This document shows positions 1 to 12,290 of a stretch of 64,000 bases of DNA, in pieces. Both the position numbers and the translations under genes were made by a program. The DNA lies in the NCBI GenBank assembly GCA_028534125.1, contig CM052816.1:56050001-56114000 (forward strand), written 5' to 3'. The notes under the pieces are model-generated. The model was not told the DNA's origin and did not search any database. It was given only the letters and a program-made list of their open reading frames with translations. Source of the DNA: Lama glama (Eukaryota). Numbering within the stretch: position 1 is the stretch's first letter; the number at the start of each line of letters is the position of its first letter.

Positions 1-530
1 TGCTAGAGGTTCTAGCCAGGGAAATTAGGCAAGAAAAAGGAGGAAAAAAGGGGAATCAAAATTGGAAAGGAGGAAGTAAAACTATTTCTATTTGCAGATG
101 ACATGATCTTGCACGTAGAAAATCCTAAAAATATCTGGAAAAAAATGATTTGAGCTGATAAACAAATTAATCAAAATTGCAGGTACAAGAGCAATGTACA
201 AAAATCAGTCATTTCTATATACTAACAATGAACAAACAGTCTGAGAACTGAATTAAGAAAACAGTTTTAGTACAATAGCATCTGGAAGAATAAAATAAAA
301 TAAATTTAACTAAGAAAGTACAGGACTTGCACACTGAAAACTATAGCAATGTTAAAAAAAAAGACGCTCTAAAGAAATGAAAAGATATCTGGTGTTCATA
401 TGTTGGAAGACATAATATTGTTAAGATGACAGTAATCCTTAAATTGATTTACAGATTCAATGCAATCTGTATCAAGAGTTCAACCACCTTTTTTGCAGAA
501 ATGGACAAACTGCTTCTAAAATTTATATGT
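1..530 (+). mobile_element. Old L1 (L1M-type) ORF2 fragment
   Basis: Typical decayed L1 ORF2 sequence (GAAGTAAAACTATTTCTATTTGCAGATGACATGATC, the FADD RT motif; AAATTGATTTACAGATTCAATGCAATC). Boundaries approximate. Confidence 0.85.
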
Positions 531-1369
531 GTTTTGTTTGAGGGTGGTGGTAGCAAACTATACTCAGAGACTGAGATTATCTTTGCCAATATTTATTTAT
601 TTTGACACAGGTTTACTGCAGGAATTATAATTTCACAAACCAATAGCATATAGGGTAATGTCTCTTAGTAAGTCAATAAAAAACATAGCTCAGACAAATG
701 ATCGATTCATGACACTATTGTTCCAGGCAAGGGGAGATAAAAGGAATAAAGTCCAAATTTAGTTCAAGGTATACCTTTATGCAAGTTGGTTTTGGGGAGA
801 GGCAGCTTAATCAACCATCAGCTGACATCCAGATGCCAGAAGAACAAAAATGAAAAGTCCCCTGTTGCTAGAACACGTTGCTAGGGAACCATGGCGCTGG
901 TGTTGGCGGGCAGATGATCTTCTTGGGGACGCTGCTGCATGGCTTGCAGCACTGCTGCTCGAAGAGTTGCCTTTACCATGTCAGGTGCTAATGCCTTAAG
1001 GTCTTCAGAGAGCTATTTAGATCAGCAAAGGGTGGCCTTACCCAAACCGAACACTCTCAGGCTGTCCTCACAAACTCTCGGTATTTACAGGTCTAAATGT
1101 CCCTTCGCCAGAGTTTCTTCTTCATATGTTCTTCAGCTGAGCTACTGAATGCTTATCAGCAGCCACAGATGTGGATAATAACATCCTGACATATGATTTC
1201 AGTTTTTTATCAAAACAATATCTTCATTCTTAAAAAAACTTCATTTTTATCATAAACAAGGAGATTTAAAATCCTATCAAATGACTCTGCAACAATTACG
1301 GAAATGCCAAACAATCTTGAAATGACTGAGTCCATCAACCAGAGAAGGGGCAAATCCATCATGGCATTT

Positions 1370-1740
1370 TTATAAATGGAATACTGCACAGAAATCAAGG
1401 AGAAACAGCTACTTCTTCTACACTCAGCAATGTGGGTGAGTCTCACGCACATAATGTTGAGCAAAAAAGTCAGACAAAGAAGTTCATACTGTATGATTCC
1501 ATTTATATGAAGTTCAGAAACATAATGTTGTCAGGTGTCAGAATGATGGTTACCTCTAGGGAGAGGTACTGACTGGGAGGGGGTTTGGGGGGACCCTGCT
1601 GACATGTTGGGAAATGTTCTCTATCTTGATTTGGGTGGTAGTTACTAGGTGTCTACATATTAAATATTCATTGAACTGTACGATTAATATTAGAGACCTT
1701 ATGCACTTTTCTGCAAATGTGATGCCTTAGTTAAATTTCA
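1370..1740 (+). mobile_element. Old L1 (L1ME-like) 3' end fragment
   Basis: AATGGAATACTGCACAGAAATC...ATAATGTTGAGCAAAAAAGTCAGAC...TACTGTATGATTCCATTTATATGAAG is typical of L1M 3' UTRs. Confidence 0.7.
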
Positions 1741-2546
1741 GAAGTTTATATCCCTTTGTCTCATCTCAGTTTCTCTATTGTGTGAGTAATCTCACCATCT
1801 ATACAGTTTTAATAAAGGGAGTATCTATGATGTTTACTCAAAATGCAGATTCTTTGGTCCCATTCTAGATGTTCTGGGTTGGAATCTTTGGAGGGAAGAG
1901 ACTCAGGATTCAGCGTTTTTAACATTGAAGCTGGAGAGGAGTGCAGAGAGCCTGCACACTGAAGGCCAAGTTCCAGCCCAGCCCCCACCCCCGGTGGCGC
2001 TAATCAATTCCACTGTAGCGTTTGCAAACCAAGGCCAAGCTGAAAATTGAGAGACATTGTGTATTGTTTCAGCCTTGATGTGGGAGACACAGAAGACTGG
2101 CCCTCTTCTGAGCCTTGGCAGGACATGCCTTTCATAGCCGGATGTGCCTTTGTTTGGATTGAAAGTTCTTCTCTTTTTGCTCCTTTCCAATATAAAAGAA
2201 ACTAAATGTTTTGCCTGATCTTTTCTTTTTCCTAGTCAACCTAGTGAAGCTGGAGGATTCAGAGTTTCACAGGTTTTTGTTTGTTTATTTGATTGATTTT
2301 TTTAGATTTGAAGCTGGGGAAACAGTCTTTGCTTTGTGTTTTCTTGATTATAACACTTATTGTTTCCACCTGCAAATTTTTCCTTTGGAAGCATTTTTAG
2401 TTCCAGTATTATCTGCAGGACAGAATTATATAGTTGTTATCAAACCCCTCCTTCCCATAACTAAGCTGACATGAAAAAAGCCAATCGGTAATATCGCCTT
2501 CTGCTTCGCAGTATTTTCAAAAAGCAGTAAATGAACTTGGCAGTGG

Positions 2547-2955
2547 TGTTATCAAACCAAAACTTGCGTCTGCTCACCTGTGTGCAGTAAAGCCCATCCA
2601 CTGACATGCGGTTGTGGTGAAGGGAAGTGCAGTGTTTACTGCGAGGTGCTGTACAAGGAGTCTGGACAGCGAGTGCTCAAGAGGTCTGAACTCCCCGAAG
2701 GGGTTCATCAAAGCGGTTTTAAAAGCAAGGTGAGGGAGGGGGAGTTGCTGGGTTTGTGAGCAGCTTGTGCACAATTCTCTGATTCACTGATGGTGAGGTA
2801 AACTAAAATGGCAATCGGTGGGGGTTTTAACCTCTATAAAATAACTCAGGAAATGTGCATCAGATATTATCTGGGTAATTCAGAGAGGAGCTAAAGCAGA
2901 GAATATGCAGAGGGGTCTGTCCTGGGAAGGCCCCATAGGGTCCTGCTTGCTTACA
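2547..2955 (-). mobile_element. ERV1-class solo LTR
   Basis: TGTT...TTACA termini flanked by a 4-bp TSD GTGG (2543-2546 / 2956-2959); clearly similar to the copy at 6904-7400. Confidence 0.85.
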
Positions 2956-3597
2956 GTGGGGCTGGGCGGTGTTGGAGGTGTGGGTAGGAGGGTGAATGGC
3001 AGGTGTGGTGTTGCAATTCCTCTTTATCTTTAGTAAACACAAGTGTAAGTACTGTGTACATTTTGGTTAGTCGAGTGTTTGCATAACAATGTGCTCAGAG
3101 TGTGGACTGTGCCACCAAAAAACAAAACAATGTGCCAAAATTCATTTTCATTTAACATTATGTCTTCTTATAAAGTCCCGTAAAGGTTGATCTCAAATTG
3201 TCTTGGATCTGCTTTCCAGCGTCAAAGATCCTTCACTTAATATAGTTAGGATCACCTTAGTGTAGAAGAACACTTTGTTCAGTTTGAAAAAAAAAGATTA
3301 TTTTTTTCCCCAGGATAGACAGATTAGTAAAGGTGCCCTGTCCTCTGGCTGATGGAGTTAGGGCGCTGGGCATGGCCCACAAAGCACAGGTAGGTTGCAG
3401 CCTTTCCTTGTGCCACCTCTGGTGTGTGGCCCTGTGGACGGCCTAGCATGTGTGAAGACCGTGGAACCAGGACATTCTGGCGTGTGTTCCCAGGCTCCCA
3501 CTTCTTCCAGGGATTGCCTCTGCGGGTGAGTGGGCAAGGATTAACGAGCAGGGGCTCATTTATTATGAGATTGGTGAGGCAGTGGCCATTACCCAGT

Positions 3598-4323
3598 TGT
3601 GCGGGAAAAGGACCTATGCAGCCTCTCCTGGATCTGTCCCCTCTTGATCTGGGACACGTTGGCCCCGAAAACTGCAAAAACTCTGGGTACAAATGACTCC
3701 ATACAAACCCCAGCACTAGGAGACGTGGCCAGACTCTAGCCCGGCTTCCAGCAGCCTGAGGCGCTGGGGTAACCCAGCCTCCCTTAAGTTCCGGTCCGGA
3801 AAAGCTCTCAGTTGACAAAAGAATGACTATTTGTTCCAGCCAACACCTGATGACAGGCCCTGGAATGCCCATTCTCAGAGCATTTATTGAAAAAAGTTAC
3901 AGTTGTGAATCCTTCCTCTGTTCCTTTGGGATGTATGTGAACCTCCTACAACCCAAGAAGGTCTTTCTCAAAGACCTGAGCTATAGCTTTGAAGTGCAAT
4001 CATCAGGATGATAAGGTCTCTGTCTCCCAGGCTCTGTGGGACGTCGATGCCTAACTTGGCTGAATTCCAGTTAGCAGACACACATGGTCGAATCACACTG
4101 ACATTAACCAACCCTCTTACCTGCTTTTGGTAACTTTTCCCTTTTCTAATTCTGCTCAATGGCCACCGCTCCCCTTGCTACCCCCTAATTCTGCTTTTGA
4201 AATGCCCAGTCACCTCTGCACAAATTGGAATTGAGCTCACCTCTGTTCCCTGCTGTGGGAGTTGCTGAATAAGATCTGTCTTTAACCCCTTTAACTAGTG
4301 TGTGGTTTTGTTTATCCTTGATA
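3598..4323 (+). mobile_element. Probable ERV solo LTR
   Basis: TG start and a U3/R/U5-like end (GCTGAATAAGATCTGTCTTTAACC...TTTATCCTTGATA). Boundaries approximate. Confidence 0.6.
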
Positions 4324-4959
4324 GTTCTTATCAAGCTTCTTTCTGTAAAAGTAACATAACTTGCCATAACAACGTTCTAGCACACGTATTTTTCCATGTT
4401 GAACCCATTATGGTGTATGATGGGTTTATGTGCCATCAATTTCTTAATCAAAAACCCATTAAATCTGTTCTTATTATAAAAGGACTATATGTTCATCATG
4501 GAAAATGAGAAAAATAGTATAAACAAAATACAAATCACCTATCCCGTAATCCCACTACCCAATTTTGCCTCTTTTGAATCCATTTTCCAACTTCTGGTCT
4601 TAACAGTTCAATTTATATCCTTATGGTTTATATGTTCTTTAAATATATCTGTATGATTCAGCATACTTTTAAAAGCAAAAGTGAGATCATATTTTTTAGA
4701 CAGATTCTTTTCTACTTAACAATTTCCCATGTCAGTAAATATTCACAATGGCGATTTAAATGTTCAGAAAGGCGATTTAAAGACTATCCCATGTTCCATT
4801 GTACGGATGTACCAACATTTCATTATCTTCACAACTATCGTGGTGGGCTTTCCCACCACCAGTATTTTCCCCTTATTAACAATACTGAAATCATCTTGCT
4901 GGCAAATCTTTGTGCTCACCCTTAAATATTTCATCGGATAAACTCTGAGAGGAGCGTTT

Positions 4960-5201
4960 AACTCCACTGATGACTCAACTGCCTCTTTCGTTGGGCTTCA
5001 GTGACGCCACATGCATTCCCCCTTTCCTCTCTGGCTGTGCTGCCCATGCAGCATCTTCTTCTGTCCCCATCAGATTCTGCCTGGGCCTGTGCTTTCCCCT
5101 CCCAGTCTCCTGCACGCTGCGAGCTCACTCATCCGATGGCTCCAACTTCCATCCCTACGATGATGACTCCTCGTCTGTAGCTTCAGTCTAGATATCTCCC
5201 T
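4960..5201 (+). mobile_element. L2 fragment, left part, interrupted by the LTR nest
   Basis: L2-like pyrimidine-rich sequence (GATGATGACTCC...TAGATATCTCCC) that resumes at about 7472 (CCTGAGCT...CTCCAG). Confidence 0.6.
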
Positions 5202-5258
5202 TGTGGGGACACAGGGCAGGCCGCCTCAGAATAAGCCTCAATGGCACGTTGATGATTT

Positions 5259-5883
5259 CTTTTGTTTGTTTGTTTGTTTGTTTTTTAGGGGATGGTTGTT
5301 GTGGGGCAAGGCAGGCTGGTACCATAGGGGTGGTAAAAGAATTTACCAGAAACAAAGAAAAGTGAAAAGAAAAGTTTATTAGATATGCTGCTACAGGCAA
5401 CAGGTGAGAGGTGTCTGTGTGCCCTGAAGCAGATTCTTAGAGTCTTTTATAAGGAAGGGCCTGACCATCTACCTGCTTTAAGGAAGGTGGTTGTGTTGAA
5501 GGTTTCCAGACATTAGTTGATCATTATCTAAGGGCTTAAGTTCATTATGTTTGGGGAAGTTACGATTTATCTTTAGGAGGGGATTTGTTAGGTCATAATT
5601 CAGGGTTGTTAGTTGGGCTAAAACAATTACATGTTGGGAGAGGAATGTTCTTTGTGTTTTCTGGTTTCTCTCTTCATGACATGAGTGATTAGGATGCAGG
5701 GAGACATCTTGGGATTGGAGCCCCTTTGGCTCTCCCCTGGGGCCTCTTACTGGTCCTCGAACCCCACAGTAGGTAACTAGATGTATGCATGTATGTACGT
5801 ATGTATGTATGTATATATGTATTTATAATGGCAGTACTGAGGACTGAACCCAGGACCTCGTGCATGCTGAGCTATACCCCCCC
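5259..5883 (-). mobile_element. Camelid tRNA-derived SINE (Vic-1-like) split by an LTR at 5300-5768
   Basis: Minus-strand head GGGGGGTATAGCTCAGCATGCACGAGGTCCTGGGTTCAGTCC; the tail resumes left of 5300; flanking repeat TGATGATTT at 5250-5258 / 5891-5899. Confidence 0.75.
5300..5768 (-). mobile_element. ERV solo LTR inserted in a SINE
   Basis: Perfect inverted termini TGTGGGG...CCCCACA; minus-strand TATAAAA (about 5445-5451) followed by AATAAA (5375-5380). Confidence 0.75.
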
Positions 5884-5956
5884 AATATACTGATGATTTT
5901 GAATGAAAGTTACTTAAGAAACAGCTGATGCAATATAGATACATTGACCCACCTCT

Positions 5957-6535
5957 TGTTGCTAAACTAAAGTTCGTGCGCCCAATGCACATAGAGGCCA
6001 AACAACCCAAAACATTGGGGTTTGGAGCAGAAAAAGGTTTATTGTAGGGCCAAGCAAGGAGAACAGGTGGCCCATGCTTGAAAATCCCAAGCTCCCAGAT
6101 GGTTTTAAGGGAGGTTTTTTTTTTTTTTAAGAGGAAAAATCTGGGGTGGGGGCTGCCGGGTGTGTGACTTTCTTCTGATTGGCTGGTGCTGAGGTAAGAG
6201 AGCGGTGCTCCAGGAATCTTGTGCTCAGCCTGAAGTTACCATCCTCCACCTGGGTGGGGGCCTTGGTTCCTGCAGAAGAACTCACAGATATTTTGTTATG
6301 TGTATCCCTTGAGGAGGAACCAGGACTCTGCCCCAAGGCTGCACTGTTGTCTCTTGACAGTTCCTCCCTTGTCTCTGCATTCCCTCCCTTCCCTGATTAG
6401 TAACTGTTTGAATCTGCCCTTTGGAACTCAGAGAAGGTCAAGGAGGCTGAGTGAAGCCTATTTCCTACAAACAAGAAAGCGGTGACACGGAGAGGACTTG
6501 TACCAGGGAGGACCCCACAGGGTCTTTCTGTTTTA
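5957..6535 (-). mobile_element. ERV1-class solo LTR
   Basis: TGTT start, 4-bp TSD CTCT (5953-5956 / 6536-6539); related to the 2547 and 6904 LTRs. Confidence 0.75.
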
Positions 6536-6903
6536 CTCTCTGTCTCTCTGAAAGCAAGAAATAAATCTCCCACGTGAAAGGTGCCCTCCCTGTACCGGGA
6601 GGTAGAAAGACATCCTTATCACCAGAGACAGGGAATTCAGGGCAAGAAGCTTGTGTAAATAAACCTTCTTACTAATTTACCACCCAAACCCAAACTTTGC
6701 TTAAATTCCTTATTAATTAAGCACCCAAATATAAGGTTCTTTGTCCTGTCAAATCCTCACAAATTTATTGTTTCTTTGTGTGAAAAGATATAAAAGCTGC
6801 CCACTTTTGATCACTCTTTGAGCATCATTTTATGATCTCCTATGTGCATGAAATTAAACTGGTTTTTCTCCTGTTAATTTATCTTGTATATTAGTCCAAT
6901 CAC

Positions 6904-7400
6904 TGTTGCTGAACCAAACTTGGGTCCACTCACTCGTGTGTGATAAAGCCTATCTCCTGACAGCGGTTTGAGGTGAAGGGAAGTGCAGCGTTTACAGCAG
7001 GGCACCAAGCAAGGAGTCCAGGGCAGCTGGGGCTCAGAACACCCTAACTCCCCGACGGGTTTCAAGGAGGCATTTTTAAAGGCAAGGTGTAGGAGAGGAG
7101 TCACAGGGGATGTGACCAGCTTGTGCACAAATCTCTGATTGATTGATGGTGAGGTAACAGGGTGATGGCACAGGGGTTAACATTATCAATCCTCAGGTTT
7201 TAGCAGGTCCGGAGGCTGCATGCTCGTGGTCACCTAGTAGTTAACTTCTTCCATTTGCTGGGGGTTTTAGCATCTGTAAAACAACTCAGGAAATGTGCAT
7301 CAGATACTGTTACCTAAGTACTTCCGAGAGGAGCTAAAGCAGAGGACATGGGGGAAGGGATCTGTCCCAGAGAGGCCCCACAGGGTCCTGCTCAGTTATA
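6904..7400 (-). mobile_element. ERV1-class solo LTR, same family as 2547-2955
   Basis: Shared blocks GGTGAAGGGAAGTGCAG, CAGCTTGTGCACAA, AACTCAGGAAATGTGCATCAGATA and GAGAGGAGCTAAAGCAGA. TSD unclear. Confidence 0.8.
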
Positions 7401-7471
7401 AGACAAGCACTCAAGAATCCAAGAGGAGTAGAGGGGGAAATCCACCACCACCCCACTCCCCATCCCCGACT

Positions 7472-8205
7472 GCCTGAGCTGAGCTCCAGTTCCTGAAGAT
7501 CTCACTATTTCACAGGTCCCCACAGCACATAAAACTCAGCATAGCTGAAATGGAATTCATGATTTTCCTCCCAAATCCTCATCCTCCGGTGACACCTATT
7601 GCAGTAAGCAGCACCGACATCCACCCTGTGGTTCAAGCCAGACACCTGGTGGTGCTCGTCTTCTCTATTATGTTGCATATTTTGCCAAGTCCTATTTGAT
7701 CCCATTTCTCACCTTTGAGCTTCAGAATTCAATTACTCTTCATCCTCACTGTGACCCCTAGACCAGACCGCCATCTCTCACCCAGATTACTCATTCTGTT
7801 CAATCGCTGGCTCCCTGCCTCCAGTCTTATTTTCCTCAATTCATTTTTCCCATTGCAACTGGAGAAAATTTGCTAACATGCACATGTGGTCGTGTCACTC
7901 TGAAACTTAAACTTTTCAAATGGCTCTCCCCTGCCTTTAGAGGGAATCCACACTTACCATGGCTGACCAGGGTTTTTCAGAGGAATAACTGGTCCTGCCT
8001 GTTTCTCCGGCCTCATTTCTTGACATTCTGCTCTCTACTAAAAGAGACCATGGTTGCTAATATGCCATCGTTCCTCAGGCACATCCACATTTCTCGCTGG
8101 CTCTGCCAGTCCCATTTGTCACTTTATCACATCACACAGTCTACCCAACACAGAGCCTGGCATGACAGACCTTTCAAAAGACACATGTCGAGTCAATAGA
8201 TGTGT
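7472..8205 (+). mobile_element. L2 3' fragment
   Basis: L2-like sequence (CACATAAAACTCAGCATAGCTGAAATGGAATTC...CAGAGCCTGGCATG). Confidence 0.65.
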
Positions 8206-8264
8206 AACATTGGCTGAGAGGGGGTTATTATTATTATTTTTTGATGCTTGGATATATACTAATT

Positions 8265-8490
8265 AAGAAGCAGTGCAGTTAAGTCTACAGTCTAGTGTCT
8301 AAAGTCTAGAGTAATTCAGGACAGTGGGCAAAATCCTACTCTGCCACCTTGGATCAATTTCTTCACCTCCCTAAACCTCAGTTTCCTCATCTACCTCAAA
8401 TAGATGGTATGAGGATTAAACAAGACAGCTTAAGTAAAATATTTAGTATAATGTCTGGCACATTAAGCGTTTAATAAATGTAACCCAGCA
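8265..8490 (+). mobile_element. MIR SINE
   Basis: Core CCTCAGTTTCCTCATCT and GAGGATTAAA...TGTCTGGCACATTAAGCGTTTAATAAATG. Confidence 0.7.
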
Positions 8491-8622
8491 ACAATGACAA
8501 TGGTGATCATGATACTTTGCTTCCAGATGGGTGGTCCATTTTGCATTCCAACCTATTATAGAGTGAGTTGCTGTTTCAGTAAGCCTTGCGGTGGTTATTA
8601 GAAATCAAAAATAATACATTTT

Positions 8623-8792
8623 GTGGGAAGGGTATAGTTCAAGTGGTGGAATGCATGCTTAGCATACACAGGTCCTGGGTTCAATCCCCAGTACCCTCTC
8701 TAAAAAAGTAAACAAATAAGTAAACTCAATTACCTCCTCCCCCAGAAAAGTAAATTTTAAAAAAAATTTTAAAAAAGAGTTAAAAAAAAAAA
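8623..8792 (+). mobile_element. Camelid tRNA-derived SINE (Vic-1-like)
   Basis: GGGAAGGGTATAGTTCAAGTGGTGG (A box) ... GGTCCTGGGTTCAATCCCC (B box), AATTACCTCCTCCCCC, A-rich tail. Confidence 0.85.
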
Positions 8793-9234
8793 CCTTTTAT
8801 TTTTGGCAATAAAATAGGCAAACTTTTTTTGTATTTCTTTGATTGATAGCAATATACTGATTTAGACATTCATGGTATTATTTATACATTTTGGCTTTCT
8901 TGAAAAAAATGCTTCATGACATCTTCATGCACTTAGCTTTTTCTCCCTCACAGTTCTGAAAATTTTACTTATTTTCTTGTCATTTAACTATTCAATAGGC
9001 ACTTTTGGAAATACACTCAATAAAAAACATTAGACTGTAGTTAATTTTTTCTTCTTCCTGAAAAATTCCTTCACATAAATTTCTAAGATTAGTATTAAGG
9101 GGAACATGTTCACACTCTCATCAGTTTTGGTATGTATTGCCAAGTTGCTTTCTATAAAGTACAGACTACTCATTCTAATTTTAGGATCCCTCTCTCTGTC
9201 TTGATTCTTCTACTTGTGTGTCGTGTGTGTGTGC

Positions 9235-9340
9235 TTTTTTTAATTGAAGTATAGTCAGTTTACAATGTGTCAATTTCTGGTATACAGCACAATGCTTCAG
9301 TCATACGTGAGTATACATATATTCATTTTCATATTGTTTT
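9235..9340 (-). mobile_element. Short L1 3' end
   Basis: TTTTTAATTGAAGTATAGTCAGTTTACAATG is the reverse complement of the L1 3' terminus also seen at 57180-57216. Confidence 0.7.
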
Positions 9341-9749
9341 TAATTAAGCATGAAAAGTGTAACTTACTTTTCTGTGTATTCTTTCTGTACTTGGCATGGT
9401 GATTACTTTGGCCAGTAACTTGTTTCTAGACCACTCTCTACTGTCACTTGTCCTTTCTCACAGTGATATTTGAGACTTAACTGAGGTCTGGTGTGAAACG
9501 TGTAAAATCAAATGCACTATATGATTAAGTATAAGATATACTTTTTCATAGTCAGGAAGTAGTATGTGTTCTTCACCAAATACTAGGTAGGTAAGTCACA
9601 GAGAGCACTGATTTCTGCAAAATGCAGTTACTTAAGACAGTAGCAAAATCCAAGAACAGCATCTACATAGTATAGAATATATGTTATAGGAGAGTGTTCT
9701 TTTTTCTATGTGTATCAAGGAGACAGTGGCTTGTGGCTAACTTAGAATT

Positions 9750-10215
9750 TTAGTGAGGACTGCATTTGTTGGCAAGTAACAGAAAAGATTGGAGGTAGGC
9801 ACTCTGGCATTGGTATGGGAGCTTCATAATGTTACCATTGTCCCATGTTCCCATCTCTTGGCTCTGGCATAGTAAAGTCACAGATTTCATCCTCATGGTC
9901 AGCTCTGGGTACAAGGTGGCTGCTCTGATCCCCAAGGTAAGTCCTTCTTCCAGACAAGAAGAAGAAAAAAGTACAAATGGCAAAAGGCAAAGGGATAGCT
10001 CAGGGTGTTCTTATCAGAAAAACAAACGTTTCTTGGAAGCCATACCAAATAATCTGCTTACATTTCATTGGTCGAATGGTCATTTAAGCTGCAAGAGGAG
10101 CCTGGGAAGGAAGATGGCTTTAGTTGGGCACATTGCCACCCTGAACAGAATTGGGTCCATCAGAGAAAAGGGGAAAATGGATGTTGACTGGGCACCTTGC
10201 AGTATCTGCCATGGA
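9750..10215 (+). mobile_element. Probable MaLR (MLT1-type) LTR remnant
   Basis: GGCAAGTAACAGAAAAG start, CAAGGTGGCTGCT, CATTTCATTGGTCG, AGCTGCAAGAGGAGCCTGGGAAG motifs. Confidence 0.55.
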
Positions 10216-11179
10216 TGCCAATATGTTTGTAATTTTTCTTTGGTAATACGAAAAATATCACATCTTCTTTCTCTTAAACGACACTAAATTTACCAAATGC
10301 CCTGTGCTTAAGCTTTTATCTCATTTTAGACCCAACCAGTCTAGAAGAACACATGTAACTGGTCTTCTCAAACCTGTTGTTTCTCTTGTTCTTTAGTTTG
10401 TTTTTTTTTTCCTTCTCAGTTCAAAGTGTCACTCAGGAATTTGAAATCTACAGATAGTTACAGTGTTTTGACAAAGAAAACCCAATCAAAATGCTGCTTT
10501 TAATCCTGAAAGCATTTATGTGACACACTTTGTTTACGCGAGGAAGGATTAAAGCCTTCTGTGATGTGCAATCCTTTTTCTTCTGGTGGAGTAGGAAAGG
10601 TTACCTTCTCACTTCCCCTTTGCCGTGGCTGACACTGTTAGCTAACTAGTAAACTAATTGGCTAATCTTTTAGATCTAAAAGCCCCTGGACCACCTCAGT
10701 CATTAAAACCTTCTCACTGTAATTTTATGAACGTAAAACATATGTATTGTTTGTGTTGGATCCTAATTCTACCCACTGAAGTCGAATGGGGGGTCAAAGA
10801 TGGTGAGGAATCTTTTCCGAGGAACTGTGTTTCTTCCATTCAGTAAATAAATATAAAAACAAAACTTATAACTCTACTCTGGAACCTGAAAAAAAAAACT
10901 TGGAGAACAATTACCCTTAAAAGATGTGAAAAAAATTTTTTTTGCTTTTCAAAAACTAACAGATCATACAATTTTGCTTAATATATATGTGAGGAAGCCT
11001 TACAAGTTATCTTTCTAACTAATGGTTTAATTCTCTCTTCACGTCTAGGAAGATACTACTAGATTGAAGAAATTATTTAAACATGAATGTATTGGGTATT
11101 TGGTATGTTTTAGGGTTTGAAAAGCAAAATTCAATCATAATGGCGTAGGATTTTTGTGCCCATGAAAGGTGGTATAGAA

Positions 11180-11400
11180 CACCTGTTCAGGGAGTGTGCT
11201 CTTGAGCCAGACTGCCAGGATTATTAGCAGTGTGACCCTGGGCAAATTACTTAGCTTCTGTTTGCCTCAATTTCCTCTTAGGTAAACTAGGGATAACATT
11301 AATATGTATCTCGAAGGATGGTTATGAGAATTAAATGAGTTAATTTCTACAAAGAAGTTAGTAGAGTGCCTGGCAATTTCTTAACAATCAAAAATATTAG
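11180..11400 (+). mobile_element. MIR SINE
   Basis: TGTGACCCTGGGCAAATTACTTAGCTTCTGTTTGCCTCAATTTCCTC core. Confidence 0.75.
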
Positions 11401-11769
11401 TCATTATTTTAGCCGTTAGGAATTCCTCTTTTCCAGTAAAAATTAAGGGCTCTTTGCTGGGTCATTTGTATCAGCAACATCCAAAATCCAGTGTTGTGGC
11501 AAGATTCTCTTAACATGGTTCCACTCCCCTTTTGACATATACTAAAAATGCAATGAGAACTCTTAATATATTTCTTTCTGCTTATAACTTAACAAAGTAA
11601 TAAAAGGAAGCATATACAACAATGAAACCAAAGCCATCATCCTCTTACTCTCTACAAAACTTTTTAGACAAAAGCCTCAAAGCATATTTCAAAATATTTT
11701 GATAGTGATTTACAGCATGTATTAATCTGATAAAAACTTATTTTTTTAGTTCTTTGTCCACTAAAAGCC

Positions 11770-12290
11770 TGTGAATGCAAAATATCGCCTGCCGTATCAG
11801 TAAACAAAGGACACTGCAGCCATCAAGTCATCAGCCACTACTGCAGCACGCCCACGATGGAGGGCAGGAGGGAGCTCAGAATGGAGACAGACTGGCAGCC
11901 GGTTTTCTGACACCACCCTCAAAGTTACACCTTGAGTGAACTCAAGATGGGAAAGAATAGGATACTGGTCCTAGACAGCTGAGTGCATGCACATCAAGGG
12001 AATGATTTCAATGAGCCCAGACTTTTGCATCTTCCCACGTATAGAAATGTGCTAAATTCTTTAACTTGAGATAACTGGTTTTCTTTAATTAACAGTAATC
12101 TTTTGATGTCCAACTACCTGGTCTTTGTTGCAAAAACTCCTATGTATCCTGACTCCTCCCCTGACTCTTTGGAGCAGTCTCTTAGAGTGATCGATTGGAG
12201 AGGCAGCATCCTGGGCTTAAATCCTCAGAAATGTCCTAGGAATAGAATGTAACTCTCAGCTTTTAGGTTCTGCATTTTTTTCAGTCAACA
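11770..12290 (+). mobile_element. Probable ERV solo LTR about 2 kb upstream of the FAM169A promoter
   Basis: TGTG...CAACA termini and a U5-like end (CTCTCAGCTTTTAGGTTCTGCATTTTTTTCAGTCAACA). TSD unclear. Confidence 0.6.

Larger units (their letters stand above)
5202..7471 (+). mobile_element. Host ERV LTR broken into pieces (5202-5258, 5891-5956, 6536-6903, 7401-7471) by nested insertions
   Basis: TGTGGGG start; TATAAAA near 6789; ATTAAA near 6853; U5-like TTTTCTCCTGTTAAT...GTAGAGGGGGAAA end. The pieces join once the inserts are removed. Confidence 0.65.

Noticed and set aside
3324..3872. 182-aa minus-strand ORF
   Set aside because: Overlaps a probable LTR and has no gag/pol/env or other recognisable motif.
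2547..7400. Similar LTRs at 2547 and 6904 as the two ends of one provirus
   Set aside because: The first has its own TSD, the two differ by a large indel and many substitutions, and the interval holds unrelated repeats rather than retroviral genes.
8623..8700. tRNA-like sequences with A and B boxes (also 5850, 19150, 22330, 45550)
   Set aside because: They are heads of a dispersed SINE with shared non-tRNA tails and degenerate stems, not tRNA genes.
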